A stretch of 60,990 bases of DNA, filler included, from Sphacelaria rigidula (lineage: Eukaryota), in NCBI GenBank assembly GCA_964200075.2. It is 7 parts of 7 records of this genome, joined end to end, with 100 filler letters (N's around TTAATTAATTAA, not from the genome) between each part and the next. Parts side by side here need not be neighbours in the genome. Positions count along the whole stretch, not along the records: positions 8,729 to 17,356 come from CAXNAA020010561.1; positions 17,457 to 26,084 come from CAXNAA020010562.1; 5 more parts are not named here. One strand, 5' to 3'. Numbering within the stretch: the stretch's first letter is position 1; each line of letters starts with the position of its first letter. The notes beneath the pieces were generated by a model. The model saw nothing but the letters and a program-made list of their open reading frames with translations. It was not told the origin of the DNA and did not search any database. The position numbers were made by a program, and so were the translations under genes. Positions 13,005 through 25,243 of the stretch are shown here, piece by piece.

Positions 13005-13327
13005 GGGATCTGGCCGAAAATGCCTCAAGTTGGGCACAGCCGGGCACATTTTGTGTGACACCGCTGCGCCCCTTAATTCCGAATGATACAGGAGACTCCC
13101 AGTTATGGGGGCCTTGAGTTTGACGAGGACAGGTGTTTTTTTTTTCGTTCCGTCGTTGAGGTCATATATAATGCAGTCCATTTTTTTTTCTCCAACTAAG
13201 CGGCGGTGCCGCGCGTTATCGGGTTAGTCTGCAGTTCACAGCCATATGCGCAAGTCGGGCTGCTTTAGTAAAGTTGATCAGTTGTGGTGTGAAAAGCAAG
13301 AGAAGGATTGACTGCTGGCCCAGCTCG
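13005..13327 (+). mobile_element. Partial copy of the TA-flanked CGAGCTGGGCCAG-TIR MITE family (family A)
   Basis: Homologous to the reverse complement of 49856-49915 plus 51744-52020; ends CTGGCCCAGCTCG|TA. Confidence 0.7.
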
Positions 13328-14022
13328 TATGTCGGAGAATCGTTTCTGTGCGCCCTCGGTCACTATGTAGACAGCACTGCGTACTGACTGACATGAATGT
13401 TTACAGAGACAGGCAAAACGACTTCACAGCAGCTCAGGCAATGCCAACGGAGACTTACCCGTCTATAGACATCACTGCGTACCAACTGACAAGATGTTTT
13501 ACAGAAACGAACAGGAAGATAACACAGCAGCTCAAGCAAGGCCAATGGAGACTCCTCCGTGTTCGCAAGGTCTAAACACACCACAGTACAGTGATAGCTA
13601 CGGTACACGAGAGAGGGCGTCAGTGTGTTCGTGCTGCAGGACCGTGAAATAGAGCATGTCCCACGTTTTGGTCCTTCTCCTGATTTTTTCACGATTCCTC
13701 AATTTGTGCCGGGAGCCGATCTTGAACGCTCGGTCATAGCCACGGTTCGCGCACATGCTTTGATTCTGTACCAAACCATCCCCATTTATGGATCCTGAGC
13801 ATGTACGCTTACGAACCGACGCTCACACACCGAATGTTGCCCCCTCAGCGTCCTCAAATTGATCAGGGAAATGTAGACGTTCGAACCCCGCATTCTCTAC
13901 AGTAGTGCTCACTTGGTGTACCAACCAATCCTCCGCGTGATGCCACTCTTAGAACGCGACTGCCCGTGTACTTCGACAGTCATCGATTAGATGAATGGTA
14001 CCCTTAACTTGTTCAATCTCAG

Positions 14023-14879
14023 GTGAAGACGAGCATCCGCCTTCGTGGGCTTTTCAGGCGGTGCAAGTGCTGACGTCGCTATGGCATTTCGTGCTCCCGG
14101 TGTTGGATGACATTACCGACCTGGTGCTCCTGTGGCAGACGTTCGACAGCACTTCACCCACCCTGTGGTGGATCTGTGCGGTCGTGTTTGCCGTGGCTGA
14201 CTATGAGCGCTTGTATGTGGCGTTCTTCGTGGTCGTATTTTTGGCGAGGGCCCTTCTTTACCAGCTATGCTGTTGCTGCAACAGTTACGATGAAGTACTT
14301 GATTACAACTCTGGTGTTCTGACAACGCTAGCTTTTGGGCAAGATATCGACCTGGACGAGGCGTGGATACTGTTTGTCGATTCTTTGTTGTGGGTGCTGT
14401 TCGGCTCACGGGCTCGATCCGGCGACTTGATGCGACAGCTCGGGCTAGCGGGGGAAGCACCGGTGGAGGTGTTGAACCAGGGATCTGGTAACAACGCCAT
14501 CGACGTGCTCGTTTATTACCACCCGTTCCAGTATTTTGGTGCATTCGTGATGAGCTTTCCTCGCGATCGGGGATTGGCCATCCGAACGCGCAGAGAGGCA
14601 CACCGGAGGACGACCGCTATGGTGAGGGCGGTCGGGGAGACACTGGTTGTGGATCCGTTGTTCCTTGCTCTCTCGGTGGTGTCGGGAGGTTGGGATGACA
14701 ACTTCACGGGGTTCACCTTTATATCCGGGGTGTTTTCGATCCTAGAATTGGTGAGCGAGTTACAGTACTATATCACCGAAGCAGAGCATGCCCTGCCCTA
14801 CTCTGCGGGAGCCGAAAGGACTGGTGACCGCGGAAGTGGCGGGGCCGTGGCCAGCCCTGCAGTAGGACAGAGCGTGTGA
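14023..14879 (+). CDS. Terminal exon of an uncharacterised multi-pass membrane protein (~285 aa in this exon)
   Basis: Long GC-rich open frame preceded by the acceptor ttgttcaatctcag| (phase 1) and ending in TGA; about 5-6 hydrophobic segments (e.g. LWHFVLPVLDDITDLVLLW, WWICAVVFAV, FTFISGVFSILELV). Confidence 0.8.
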
Positions 14880-15699
14880 TTGTTGGTTCACTCGGTGATA
14901 TTTGCATCACGGCGGACGGGGGGCGGCTGCGATCGACTGTTTTTGAGTTGTTGTTCATAGTTGCTTGCAAATAGTTCTAGCCGAATTGCCCGCATCGGTG
15001 CCCTGCCAGAGTGGGCGGCCATACAGTCGGCGGCGCATTAGAACAATCTCTTCCAGTATTATTCCGGTAGCTTGCTTCAGGTTTCTGGTGCGAACTCCCT
15101 ATTCTGCCTGCTTGCATTGCTTATATTTCGCCATCTCATCAGAGGGTATCCAAGTGTTTTCGCGTGTTCGTGGTAATCATCGCGGCGCGCCTGGGAGACT
15201 CGGACCTCCGTCGGGACTGACAATCCTCGTAGTGCACGCTTGCGTCCATTCATCGGCTCCCACCCCCCTGGAAGTTTCCCGAATGAATGCTTTGTTCTGA
15301 CGTCCTCTACGAAGCCACACCCACAGTACACTGATGACTGTAGTGTCCCCATTACGGTGGGGAAAACGCGGGTTCGACTCTCGCCAGATACGCTCTCATC
15401 TTCAAAACCAATGCGTAAATTTGGTATGAACATCCTTACGTGCATGAAGAAGAGCTGCCAGAGCACACGCATGGCGATCTCTCGACCACAGGGATATGTT
15501 TTACTGGTGATATGTCGCCGCGATTCTTGAGATAACCCTAACCCTAAGTTAGGGAGGAATATCGGTGTTGAGGCTGGCCGAGCTCGTAGTGATGCGTGTT
15601 TAAAACAGGCTAGACACTCTATTGCCCGACATGTTCTAGGCAACCGTGTTCTCCACAGATGCGGAACAGGTGGCAAACCACATTTCCACACACATTCTC

Positions 15700-16407
15700 T
15701 GTGTGTGTTGTCATCCATTCATTCTGGACCCCAGTTTACACCTTTCGCTACATGTATGTGGGCACATCAGCTGGAGTCACAGGAGAAAGTTCAACACAGA
15801 GGAGTCTCCTCGAAAATGATGAATATGAAAATGAGTTTCAACTCCAAACAACATTTTTCCTCACCTGACGTCATGGCAAATAACTTTCCTTCGGGCGGCC
15901 TCATGCCCCCCGACCTCCCTGGGATTTGTTCTGGGAGTTTCCCGTCTCCCGTTGCCTCAGAGAGCATGTGCGAAAGCACCTGATTGCCTGGATTTCAGGG
16001 TGAAAAAAGAGATGACACTTTCGCTCATACCGTTTGGGGGGACAGAAGACAGGGAAACGCCGAAACTATTTCAGGGGATGCGGGAGAGTGCTGTTTTGGA
16101 CTTGACCCTCATTTGAGTATTCCACTTCATTTTCGAGGAGAGTATACATGTTCTTCAGGTTTTATTTTGATTTAGTTCTCCATCGTCCTTCTGCGGTGCT
16201 TGCCTTGCGTTTCATCGCGATGAGCGCTGCCGTCTGTTTCCCTCGTAAGCCGTTACGTCGAAATTTGTGGACGTGGGACGTCGCGCTTCACTGAGCATGA
16301 TTTGAGGACAAAATATCAGAGATTATGTGACTTCCACCAAGATTCGAACCCACGTCCCAACCAGCAGGAAGTTTCGTTGTTACCGAGTGAGTCCTCGGGG
16401 CGATGGT
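15700..16407 (-). mobile_element. tRNA-derived SINE (family B), split by a MITE
   Basis: The minus strand has a tRNA-like head with B-box GGGTTCGAATC (16341-16351). The body matches 24206-24555 on both sides of the 15805-16141 insertion; CA-rich tail near 15700. Confidence 0.7.
15805..16141. mobile_element. MITE inserted in the SINE
   Basis: Perfect 15-bp TIR TCTCCTCGAAAATGA / TCATTTTCGAGGAGA; internal sequence similar to the 33306-33726 foldback. Confidence 0.75.
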
Positions 16408-18055
16408 TTCTAGAAAACAAAGTAATAATATAGTACGAATGCCACAACGTAAAAGGGGAAATTTCCCGAAAGTGTCCGTTGAGGAATCGCCTGTCGACAT
16501 TGGCGACACGATGAGATAACTCGTACGCTTCATGATGATGGAGAGTCACAGGTTCGAAGTCCGGCTCCTACAAAAACGCAACGGAAACATTATTCGAGAA
16601 CACCAAAGTCACTATGATGGAGGACCAAACAGCCGATGTGTGACCTCGAAGCAGAGTGGACCGACTCACGAGAAAGTCGTCTGCGGAGATTGCTGGATTG
16701 GGGATTAAACATGGGAGACTTTGTGAAACATGCTGTTCCGAAGTTGTAGCAAACTGGCAACCTTTGTCGAATGGACATCAACGTCACTTGAAAGACGTCT
16801 GTGTGATCTAGATGAACTATCCTCGCGGTCTTTGGGTTGACCGTCTCTGCACAAAATGGAGGCGGCACCTTCGAGAGGGTGTGTAGAGAGAGGTTTTGGA
16901 TCTTGACAGGGTCGTTTTCGGTCTTGCACACTAATTTCAAGTCAATTTAATGTAACGCCTCGGCGGGGTTCTGCTTCTTCGACATGACCTCATTTTGAAC
17001 AAGGTTCATTTTTGTATTGGACAAGACGCATAAAGAGCGAAGGCCTAGAGCCACCAGTAGTGATTGGTCATGCTCCCGAACAAGTGTGAGTCAGGAATAA
17101 CCGATGAGGGGTGCACAAGTTCTAGTTTCTTTTACATATATCGTCTACTGGAAAAATTATATGTGCACCCGGGTGTACAATGGAAGCACATGCGCACCCT
17201 GGGATAATGGCAAAAAGCCGCGCGGCTGGTCAGTGCCGCGTGACCACCCCGTCTTTCATGACGCAGCCCACACTTTCAGTCGGAGCCAGAACAACAAACA
17301 CAGAGAAGTTCAGTAACATGGAGTCATCCTACGATAGGGGGGGGGGTATTTGGTTGNNNNNNNNNNNNNNNNNNNNNNNNNNNNNNNNNNNNNNNNNNNN
17401 TTAATTAATTAANNNNNNNNNNNNNNNNNNNNNNNNNNNNNNNNNNNNNNNNNNNNCCTACTGATTATCTTGCATTTGGATGATAGTCTACAATAAGTTG
17501 CTTTATTTTCTGGTATCCCCACTTCCAGAGACTAAGGAAGGGGAGGGGTGAGAAGTTTGATGAAGAAGATGAAGACTGAAAAATAAGCTCCAATTTATCT
17601 TTTATGCCAATGTATGTTTTTAACACAAAGGATGTTGGAAAATGCTTTCATAGGGCACGTTAACCCGTTCGGGACCAACATATATACACCTACTGTAGGT
17701 CTATTTTTTCTGTCGTTTTTTAAGTGAAAGCCATGCCGACGTCAGGTGGACACCTTGTAGTAAGTTGAGGAATTGGATTATAGACGTTTCGTTAATACAC
17801 GAGGTTCGTGTTGACCCGCTGGCGCAAAGACGCCCTGTCATCTTTTGACTCTCTCTCACTCGAGGTACAACGCTCCCTCTGGACGCCATGGGCAGGACCC
17901 GAAGCCACCCGTCTGTTTACAAAGCCAGAGCCGTCCTCTAGGTGGCGTTTGTTCCATGTTCTGCAATCGAGTTCAACGTGGAAAAGGTCAAATATGATGC
18001 TTGGTGTTCTCTCCGTCAAGATAAGCATGACCATCTTGACCTGCCCTCCCATCAG

Positions 18056-18278
18056 GCTCGGGTATCACACGGACTACATAGACGAGCACGCTCTGCCCGA
18101 CCGGATGGTGTCCTTCGCCGGCAACGTGGCGTTCCTGTTCATATTCTGTCACCCGCAGCGGCTGAAGATATCCCGGCGCGTGTTCATGATTTTTGGAACG
18201 GTTCTGCTGATGCGCACTGTGTCGGTGTCTGTGACCGTACTACCTGACGCGTCTCCAGTATGCCGCGCGCGGTTGGAG
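18056..18278 (+). CDS. Internal exon of a sphingomyelin synthase / inositol-phosphorylceramide synthase family protein
   Basis: Boundaries catcag|...GAG|gtgagc. Translation ...FLFIFCHPQRLKISRRVFMIFGTVLLMRTVSVSVTVLPDASPVC matches the SMS-family pattern RR-x9-R-x6-T-x-LP-x5-C. Other exons were not located. Confidence 0.75.
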
Positions 18279-19139
18279 GTGAGCGGTGTGGGTTTACACG
18301 CGAGAGTTGGAGGACGGGGAGAGGGGGGTAGCGGCGGGTGAGTAGATAAAGGGGACATCCTGTGTGCATCCTGTTCCCCACCAAAATCCTGAAGCACCAT
18401 GGAACGCTCGCAACGCGAAGAGAGAATGCAATCGTTTCTTGGACGTGTGCGAGTGGCACTGGCAGACATGTGTGTCTGGTCCGACTGTTTTGCTGTTGAG
18501 TTTGTAGTGACTGACTGATCAACTGGTGAATTGATCAGTCTGTTTGTTGTCGCACGTCAACACTATCTGATCCCCCCCGAGGAATCTAGCTGTGATCACA
18601 AGATGGACTTCCCCAAGGTAATCAAAACAGAAGAAAAGCCCGCTCAAGGAAACTCGTGAAAAGTGAAATATGACATATGAGATGCAAATAACAGTGAATA
18701 GATGACAAAAGAGGAAGAGGTGTCGATATATACCACGAGTATCCATTCTATTTCAAGCGTTCTTTTTTGTTTTTCACACCTATCCAAAACGACAGGAGGG
18801 CACTGCTATCGCCGAACTCTTCCCAGGAGCTTTCCTTGAAGCGTTGCGATTCGTCTGGGCACCCACCAGCTTCGTCACTTGGTGAGCGTGCACCGCCTCA
18901 AGCGCTTTTTCTTAATACCCGCGTCTTCGAGATCTTACCAGTGATTTGTTCTTTTGCTTCATTGATTCACCTATCCTTTTTGAGTATATAGTTGACAACA
19001 TCTCGCGAAACGCACATGCTTCCCCTCGTGTACTTCACATCGTGATTTTATTTTCCTTTCCATTTTCAGTAAATTTATCTCCACTCCATACATGGATGAG
19101 TATAACGCTTGCGTCCAAATCCATACTCAATCCTAGTAA

Positions 19140-20425
19140 AAAACGAACTTTTTCCCGACTTTTAAACTTGCGGGACAACATCACATCCACAGTTTGGAAA
19201 CACACACGAGCTCTGTGTCCCACGGCGTGGATAGAAAACACGTTGGATAGAACATCCGTTTGTTTTGTTTACAAGGACTCATCATTACTGCGATCCAGCG
19301 GAGCTTCCATGACCGCGACAGCCTGCACTGTACGGCCATGTCGGGAATAGAGTATGAGCCGTTGAACGATCTAAACTTGCGCAACAACATCACACCCACT
19401 GTTTGAAAACACACGCAGGCACTGTTTTCCACGGCGTGAATCGAATACACATTTTTTTGCTTTCAAGCACTCACAACCACTGTCACTCAACGGAGCTTTC
19501 ATGACCGCGACAGCCTGCTCTGTACAGTTATGCCGTACATAGAATTACAAGGCAGCCGAGTTTTGAAGCACACAGAAAGAAGGGGAAATTGTGCTTGACT
19601 GCCGAGGGGAACTGTAACTTTGATTTCAAAGCTGTTGAAGATCTTAACTTGCGGAACATACACACCCGCACTTTGTAAACACACAAATATTGGATCCCAC
19701 GGCGCGGACAGAATACACGTTTTTTGTTTTTGTTTGAGAGCACTGACAATCATTGCCATCCGACGGAGTCCAGCTTTCATGACGGCGACAGCCTGCGCTG
19801 TACAGCCATGTCGTACATGGAATTACAGAGCAGTCGAGCTTCGACGTATCCAGGAAAAACGGGAAATTGTGCTTGGTTGCCGAGAAAAATCGTGGAAGAG
19901 AAATTGTTCTTGTTCGCCGAGGAAAACCGTAAGTTTTATTTCAAAGCTGTTGAAGATCTTACTTGCGGAACATACACACCCGCACTTTGTAAACACACAA
20001 ATATTGGATCCCACGGCGTGGACGGAATAAACGTTTTTTTTTTGTTTGAGAGCACTGACAATCATTGCCATCCGACGGAGTCCAGCTTTCATGACGGCGA
20101 CAGCCTGCGCTGTACAGCCATGTCGTACATGGAACTACAGAGCAGTCGAGCTTCGACGTATCCAGAAAAAACGGGAAATTGTGCTTGGTTGCTGAGGAAA
20201 ATCGTGGAAGAGAAATTGTTCTTGTTCGCCGAGGAAAACCGTAAGTTTTATTTCAAAGCTGTTGAAGATCTTACTTGCGGAACATACACACCCACAGTTT
20301 GGAAACACACACAAGCACTGTATCCCACGGCGTGGATAGAATACACGTTTTCCTGTTTGCCATGACCGCGACAGCCTGCACTGTACAGCCATGTCGTACA
20401 TGGAATTACAGGGTAGTCGAGCTAC
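19140..20425. repeat. Tandem array of ~190-312-bp units, about 5 copies
   Basis: Anchor ATGAC(C/G)GCGACAGCCTGC at 19309, 19501, 19779, 20091 and 20362; the later units are near-identical. Confidence 0.9.
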
Positions 20426-21400
20426 CCCATGCCCACATGTCGCGTAGCACACGTTTCAGTCACTCACAAAATCAAATGAACTGAATGCGGAGCAACTTGA
20501 CAGCACCCCAGCCCGAGCGAACACAACATGCTCACACCCTAACGCGACGCTAATCCATACACCGTGGTATTTTTTCTCGCCAATCCGCAGTTGTAACTGA
20601 GTTGTACCACCGTCTGTCCCGTCCGATTTAGTTTGGCAATGTGCGGTAATGCACCACCGTACTACAGCCGTACTGTGTGTCGAGAGTGTGCTTGCGCACA
20701 TTATTCTGGAATCAAGACAATCGCGGGCAAACATCCCCACCAATGACTTGTCACGGTATACGGGTGATAGTGATATACCTTCAACACGAAACACGACAGC
20801 TCATCGTACTGCCTCGCAGCACACTCCCGGACGACGCAATTTACTTTTCGGCAAAGGGTCGTGTTGAGTAAACACCAGGGTTCCATCTTGTATTGTTGAT
20901 ATTTATACGTTCGTGCGTTATCTGAGGTTTGCCGCAGACAAACGCCGCTTCCCGAGTTAGATATCTCACGCCGACTCTGTTGTGCCTGCGTGGATTCAAA
21001 AAGTGGTGTTTATTGGACCGGTGGATCTGCACAAATGTCCTGTGGAACTGGTTCTACTTTGCCAGGAGGTTATGTTAATCCGCCTACACCGGCAGACATC
21101 GCCAGGCAGTCTGCAGCAGTTCAGACATGATGAACAACAACCACTTCCATAACCCCCGCATTTCTGAACCTGTGTGCAGATCCGGGCTTCGATCTGGAGC
21201 ACCTTACCGTACGGCCGTAAGCCATCTCAAACGTGGGTTGATTTGGTTATTTGATTTTTTGTCTCAACCCCTGGTTTGCTAATCATGGATATTTGGTTAT
21301 ATGACCAACTGGGATTAATTACTTTATTGAATCAACTAATCATGATCAGTGGATGATGAAGGTGTCAGCAAGAGTCTGGCGGAAGATTTTGGACACGTAG

Positions 21401-21439
<39 letters not shown>

Positions 21440-22221
21440 ACCCCCCCCCCCACCCCCCCTCCCCCCCCCCTCCCCCCACCATCCTCACTCAACAACACGA
21501 TTATATCACAAACAACNNNNNNNNNNGAGGGGGGTGAGGAGGGTGTCGAAAAGAGTGGGGGGAAAATTTTTGGACCGGCCCCCCCCCCCCCCCCCCCCCG
21601 CCCCCCTGCCGGACGGCAACTTTTTCAAAAATGCCATATTTCCATCATTTATTCCAATAAAATTTGTTGGAGAAGTTGATCAAGAAACACTGACGAAAAC
21701 CGACAAGTCCGGTGGGCTTTTGCGACGATCGTATATTTGCTTCTGCTCCTTGCCCGCTCTGTCACGATGACCTCGGATGCTGGCCACGCTCACACGCCTG
21801 TATGCACACGAGCGCACGGCAGCGACAGTCAGTAGCCGAAGTAGCAACATTACCCTACGCCTTGCCAAAGTTGCCCGGGCTGCCGGTAGGTACTCGACAC
21901 GGAACCGGTGCCCTGCAAGCAGTATTTCAAGAAACCCTGCTTTTGACATCGAAAAGACAGTGCCGCCTACAAGTCAAAATCCGCTGTACTTCCATCTTGA
22001 CTGTAATCAAAAGAGGGGAAACACCCCGATGCAGTATTGCCGGTGGCGGGTTCAGCACCTGCACCACGACTGATCGCGCCACTCACGGTGTAGAGTTACG
22101 TATAACTCTGAGCGTACTGCTTCACTGCTGTGCTGTGTGGCGTGCAGTCTGTTGTGCGCTGCTACCGGTTTGCGTGGACAATGCTGTGTGGATCTGCTGT
22201 AGCCGTCTATCGTCGACCTGA

Positions 22222-22703
22222 GGCCGGATGATATGGCAGACAGATTCTTGGCCCACGTATTGTTCACTTTTGAGACGTTGGACCCACGTTTTGACCCCCA
22301 AACAGGGAAAATCGCTGACACACATCTTGGACACTTTGCATCACCCCACAAAGAGGAGCCTAGTCTGCTTTTCAGATTCGCTTGGCTTTGAGGTTCCAAG
22401 ATTGGCCGCTGAACAATAATTCGTGTGCAAAAAATTGTGCTTGCCGACCGCCGCCAGTTTGCCCAATTATCTGTGTAGATCGCCGTAGATTTAATTCCAC
22501 ACGGATTATTGCTCAGCGGCTCCTCTCGAAACCTTGGAGGCAAGTGAATCTAAAATGTGGGCCAGGCTCCTCTCTTTGAGTTGATGCAAAGTGTCCAAGA
22601 CGTGTGTCGGCGATTTTCCCTGTTCGGGGGTCAAAAAGTGCGTCAAACGTCCCAAAAGTGAACAATCCGTGGGCCAAGAATCTGTGTGCCACAACATCCG
22701 GCC
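22222..22703. mobile_element. Foldback MITE with ~200-bp arms and GGCCGG termini (PIF/Harbinger-Tourist-like, tentative)
   Basis: GGCCGGATGATATGGCAGACAGATTCTTGGCCCACG... is inverted as ...CGTGGGCCAAGAATCTGTGTGCCACAACATCCGGCC. The TSD is not clean. Confidence 0.85.
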
Positions 22704-22709
22704 TTCACG

Positions 22710-23120
22710 GCGAATGAAGAAAAATATATGTCGGGATTCGAACTAATGACCTCCATAGCTGCAGTCTCCTGTACTAACTGGATTGAAGGGGGTGTGGTCG
22801 TGTCGCACGAAAAGTGTGATACGGCGCTCAATTCGAGGTATTTTTGGCCGAAACTTTCCCAGGATACCCTCGACGCGAGTGCCCAAAACGTTGTCCGAGG
22901 TGCAGTTGTTTCATCAATTCTTCGCGGAGGTACAGCATTTTTCCTGTTTTTGCTGAAATTCAACTCGCTCTAACTTTTTTTTTTTTTTCCCTCTGCACCC
23001 CCAATAGGGTTGCGCAGGTTGATGATGAAAGATCGTGTCGAAGTTTCAGCGCCAAAGTCTTCGAATAACCAATCGCATCGCCATTTTTCATCCAAAATCA
23101 GTGTCAGCTGGCCCAGCTCG
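22710..23120 (-). mobile_element. Family A MITE copy (interrupted upstream by the foldback)
   Basis: Homologous to 51860-52170, including GATTCGAACT; ends GCTGGCCCAGCTCG. Confidence 0.65.
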
Positions 23121-24205
23121 CACCTCATCACTTCAGTTGTGCTATCTGACCACCGGGGCGCAGCGGCAATCATGCGCGCACCACAGGTAAAAGCGGTATT
23201 TCATCCGGGGCGATGGAAAAAACAAGAACTACTGAGCTGGGTTTTTCTCTGCATCCCTGTGCTGAGCTCCTATGCCCCGAAAGATCTCGGCGAAGATCTC
23301 ACGAAGATATCTTTTTCACACCTTGGACTATATATGATCAATAGTTGCAATAGGTGTATAATTTATGCAGTACACTTCTCGTCTATTAGTACACTTCTCG
23401 TCGATTGCATCTATTGATCATATATTGTGCAGGGTATGGTCTTTTTCAGGGGTCTACACGTTTCACGTGGCACAGCGTTACACGTTACATTCATCTTACT
23501 TTTGGCAGAAACGTAGCGTGGACGTCGATTTTTTTTCACGTGAAATAACGTAACGTTGAATTTTCGAATGGAACGTTAACGTAACGTTCAAAGTTTTTAA
23601 CGTGACATACCTAACGTCACGTGAACGTTAGATTGCTCGAACGTTCAAATCACGTAATATGAAAAGTTTCTTGTAACATGTAGCCTCTATTACATGAAAT
23701 GTCACACGTTACATGAAACGTCATGAACACATCACATGAAGTGGTGAAACTTCAAGTTTGCAATGAGTTTTTAAATCCTAGAAAATTGTGCGTCAAAAAC
23801 ACGAGTGAGCTCGAGTGATCATGGTTTAGGTATAGTACTATTGCAGCAGTTTCGCGCTCTCCCCACCACATCCCCACATTCCAAGTTATCGTTGCAGCAC
23901 TGTATCATGACATCATAATCATCTCGACCATATTCAAGACTACTCATGTATAAAAAAACATGTCAGAAAAGCCGTTTTTCGACACCGCGATTTTCCACAT
24001 AATTTTTCAAAGTAGCCCTCCTCACGTGATCGATGCACTGTCAAAACTGGAAACGCAGTGCTCATCGTTGTCGATGAGGTGTGCAGTCATGATTTTAAAT
24101 TCTGGGGCGCGCGAGAGAAACGCAGCATTCTCCTGTCGCGTGGTGTACCATCCGTGCTGACCATCTGTACTACTGTGATACATCGCCTGAGCAAAATATT
24201 GAAAG

Positions 24206-24555
24206 CCGGTCGCCCCGGTGGCTCAGTTGGTAACCTTGAAACCTTCTGACGGGTCGTGGGCTCAATTCTCGGGGTGATGTGGAATTTTTTCTCACACAAT
24301 GCCCAACAGTGCAGAGCGACAATGTCGTTGGTACACAAAATTCGACTTGACTGTCGACGAGGGAAAGGGACCGCTAAACCCTTCTCGCGATGAGTAATAA
24401 AAAGGCACGTACCGCAGAAGGAAGGTGGGGTACGAAAAACAAATGAAGAAGAAAAAGCTCCCGTGTTGACCTTCCTCCTGTGTGACCCCGGCTGGTGCGC
24501 CCACATATACCGAAAGGGGTAGACCGGCGCCCAGAATAGATGGGACGAAAACACA
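24206..24555 (+). mobile_element. tRNA-derived SINE (family B), near full length
   Basis: A-box TGGCTCAGTTGG (24219-24230), degenerate B-box at ~24258, and body GACGAGGGAAAGGGACCGCT...CCTTCCTCCTGTGTGACCCCGGCTGGTG shared with 44075-44320 and 15700-16407. Confidence 0.75.
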
Positions 24556-24718
24556 TGGTGGACTGCGTGACGCAAGACGATTAACACCGCCTTGCTGTAC
24601 TCACTGAATGTAGAAGTGACGGTTGTGCTTTTTCACTGCGCGGTAGTTCTTGACTGAAATGACAGCGCGGACAACAGTACACACAATAGTACTGTTTTGT
24701 ATGCATTGCTGCAGTGAT

Positions 24719-25243
24719 GGCTTCGCTGCCATCAGGACTGCTGTCACTGGTGCTCGCGGGCAGTCAGCGTGTTGCTTTATTGTCCTTAGCTCGCCAGTAG
24801 CGTGATGGCCCATACCCCCGTGAGAACAGAACTGGGCAAGGTCGATGGCGAGTGCTGTACAGACACTCTGTAGTTTGCACAGTGTTGTAGCTTAGTTCAG
24901 GCCTGTGCATGCAGCGTGTTGCAAACAGCACTCGAATACAGTACAGACTGCCGAAGTACCCGAGCAAGCCCTGTAGATGCTACAGCAGTAGCACTGCTTA
25001 TACTGTGGTCTTTTGTGTACAGTCAGTGCGGTCCTGTCTCTACATGTCTTGAGGGGCGTGGGCTACAGTACTGTCTGTGCAAACTAGATACGAAGTGTTT
25101 GTACAGCACCCGTTATCGACTCTCTCTTGTGCTGTTCTCATGGGGTAAATGGCCACCATGATCCTGGCGAAGCGAAGAACAGTTAAGCAACACGCTGACT
25201 GCCCGTGAGCACCAGCGACAGCAGTGGTGATGGCAGCCAAGCC
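24719..25243. repeat. Imperfect inverted repeat (arms 24719-24891 and 25062-25243)
   Basis: For example, TGGTGCTCGCGGGCAGTCAGCGTGTTGCTT pairs with AAGCAACACGCTGACTGCCCGTGAGCACCA. Confidence 0.85.

Noticed and set aside
15533..15553. Head-to-head telomeric repeats (CCCTAA)2...TTAGGG as a fusion site
   Set aside because: Only three units, adjacent to a MITE terminus; too short to support the claim.
19724..20365. 213-aa ORF with a 104-aa repeat
   Set aside because: By-product of the 312-bp tandem unit; neighbouring units break the frame and no domain is evident.
21401..21606. Poly-proline ORFs
   Set aside because: Poly-C tracts around an internal gap; likely low-quality sequence.
20996..21912. 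Possible minus-strand exons (21912-21854 GHRFRVEYLPAARATLARRR; Cys-rich ORF 20996-21202), considered as a GBP continuation
   Set aside because: Different scaffold from the GBP gene; short, with no recognisable motif and unverified splicing.
24206..24285. tRNA gene
   Set aside because: The A-box is present but the cloverleaf and B-box are degenerate, and it continues into a repeated SINE body.
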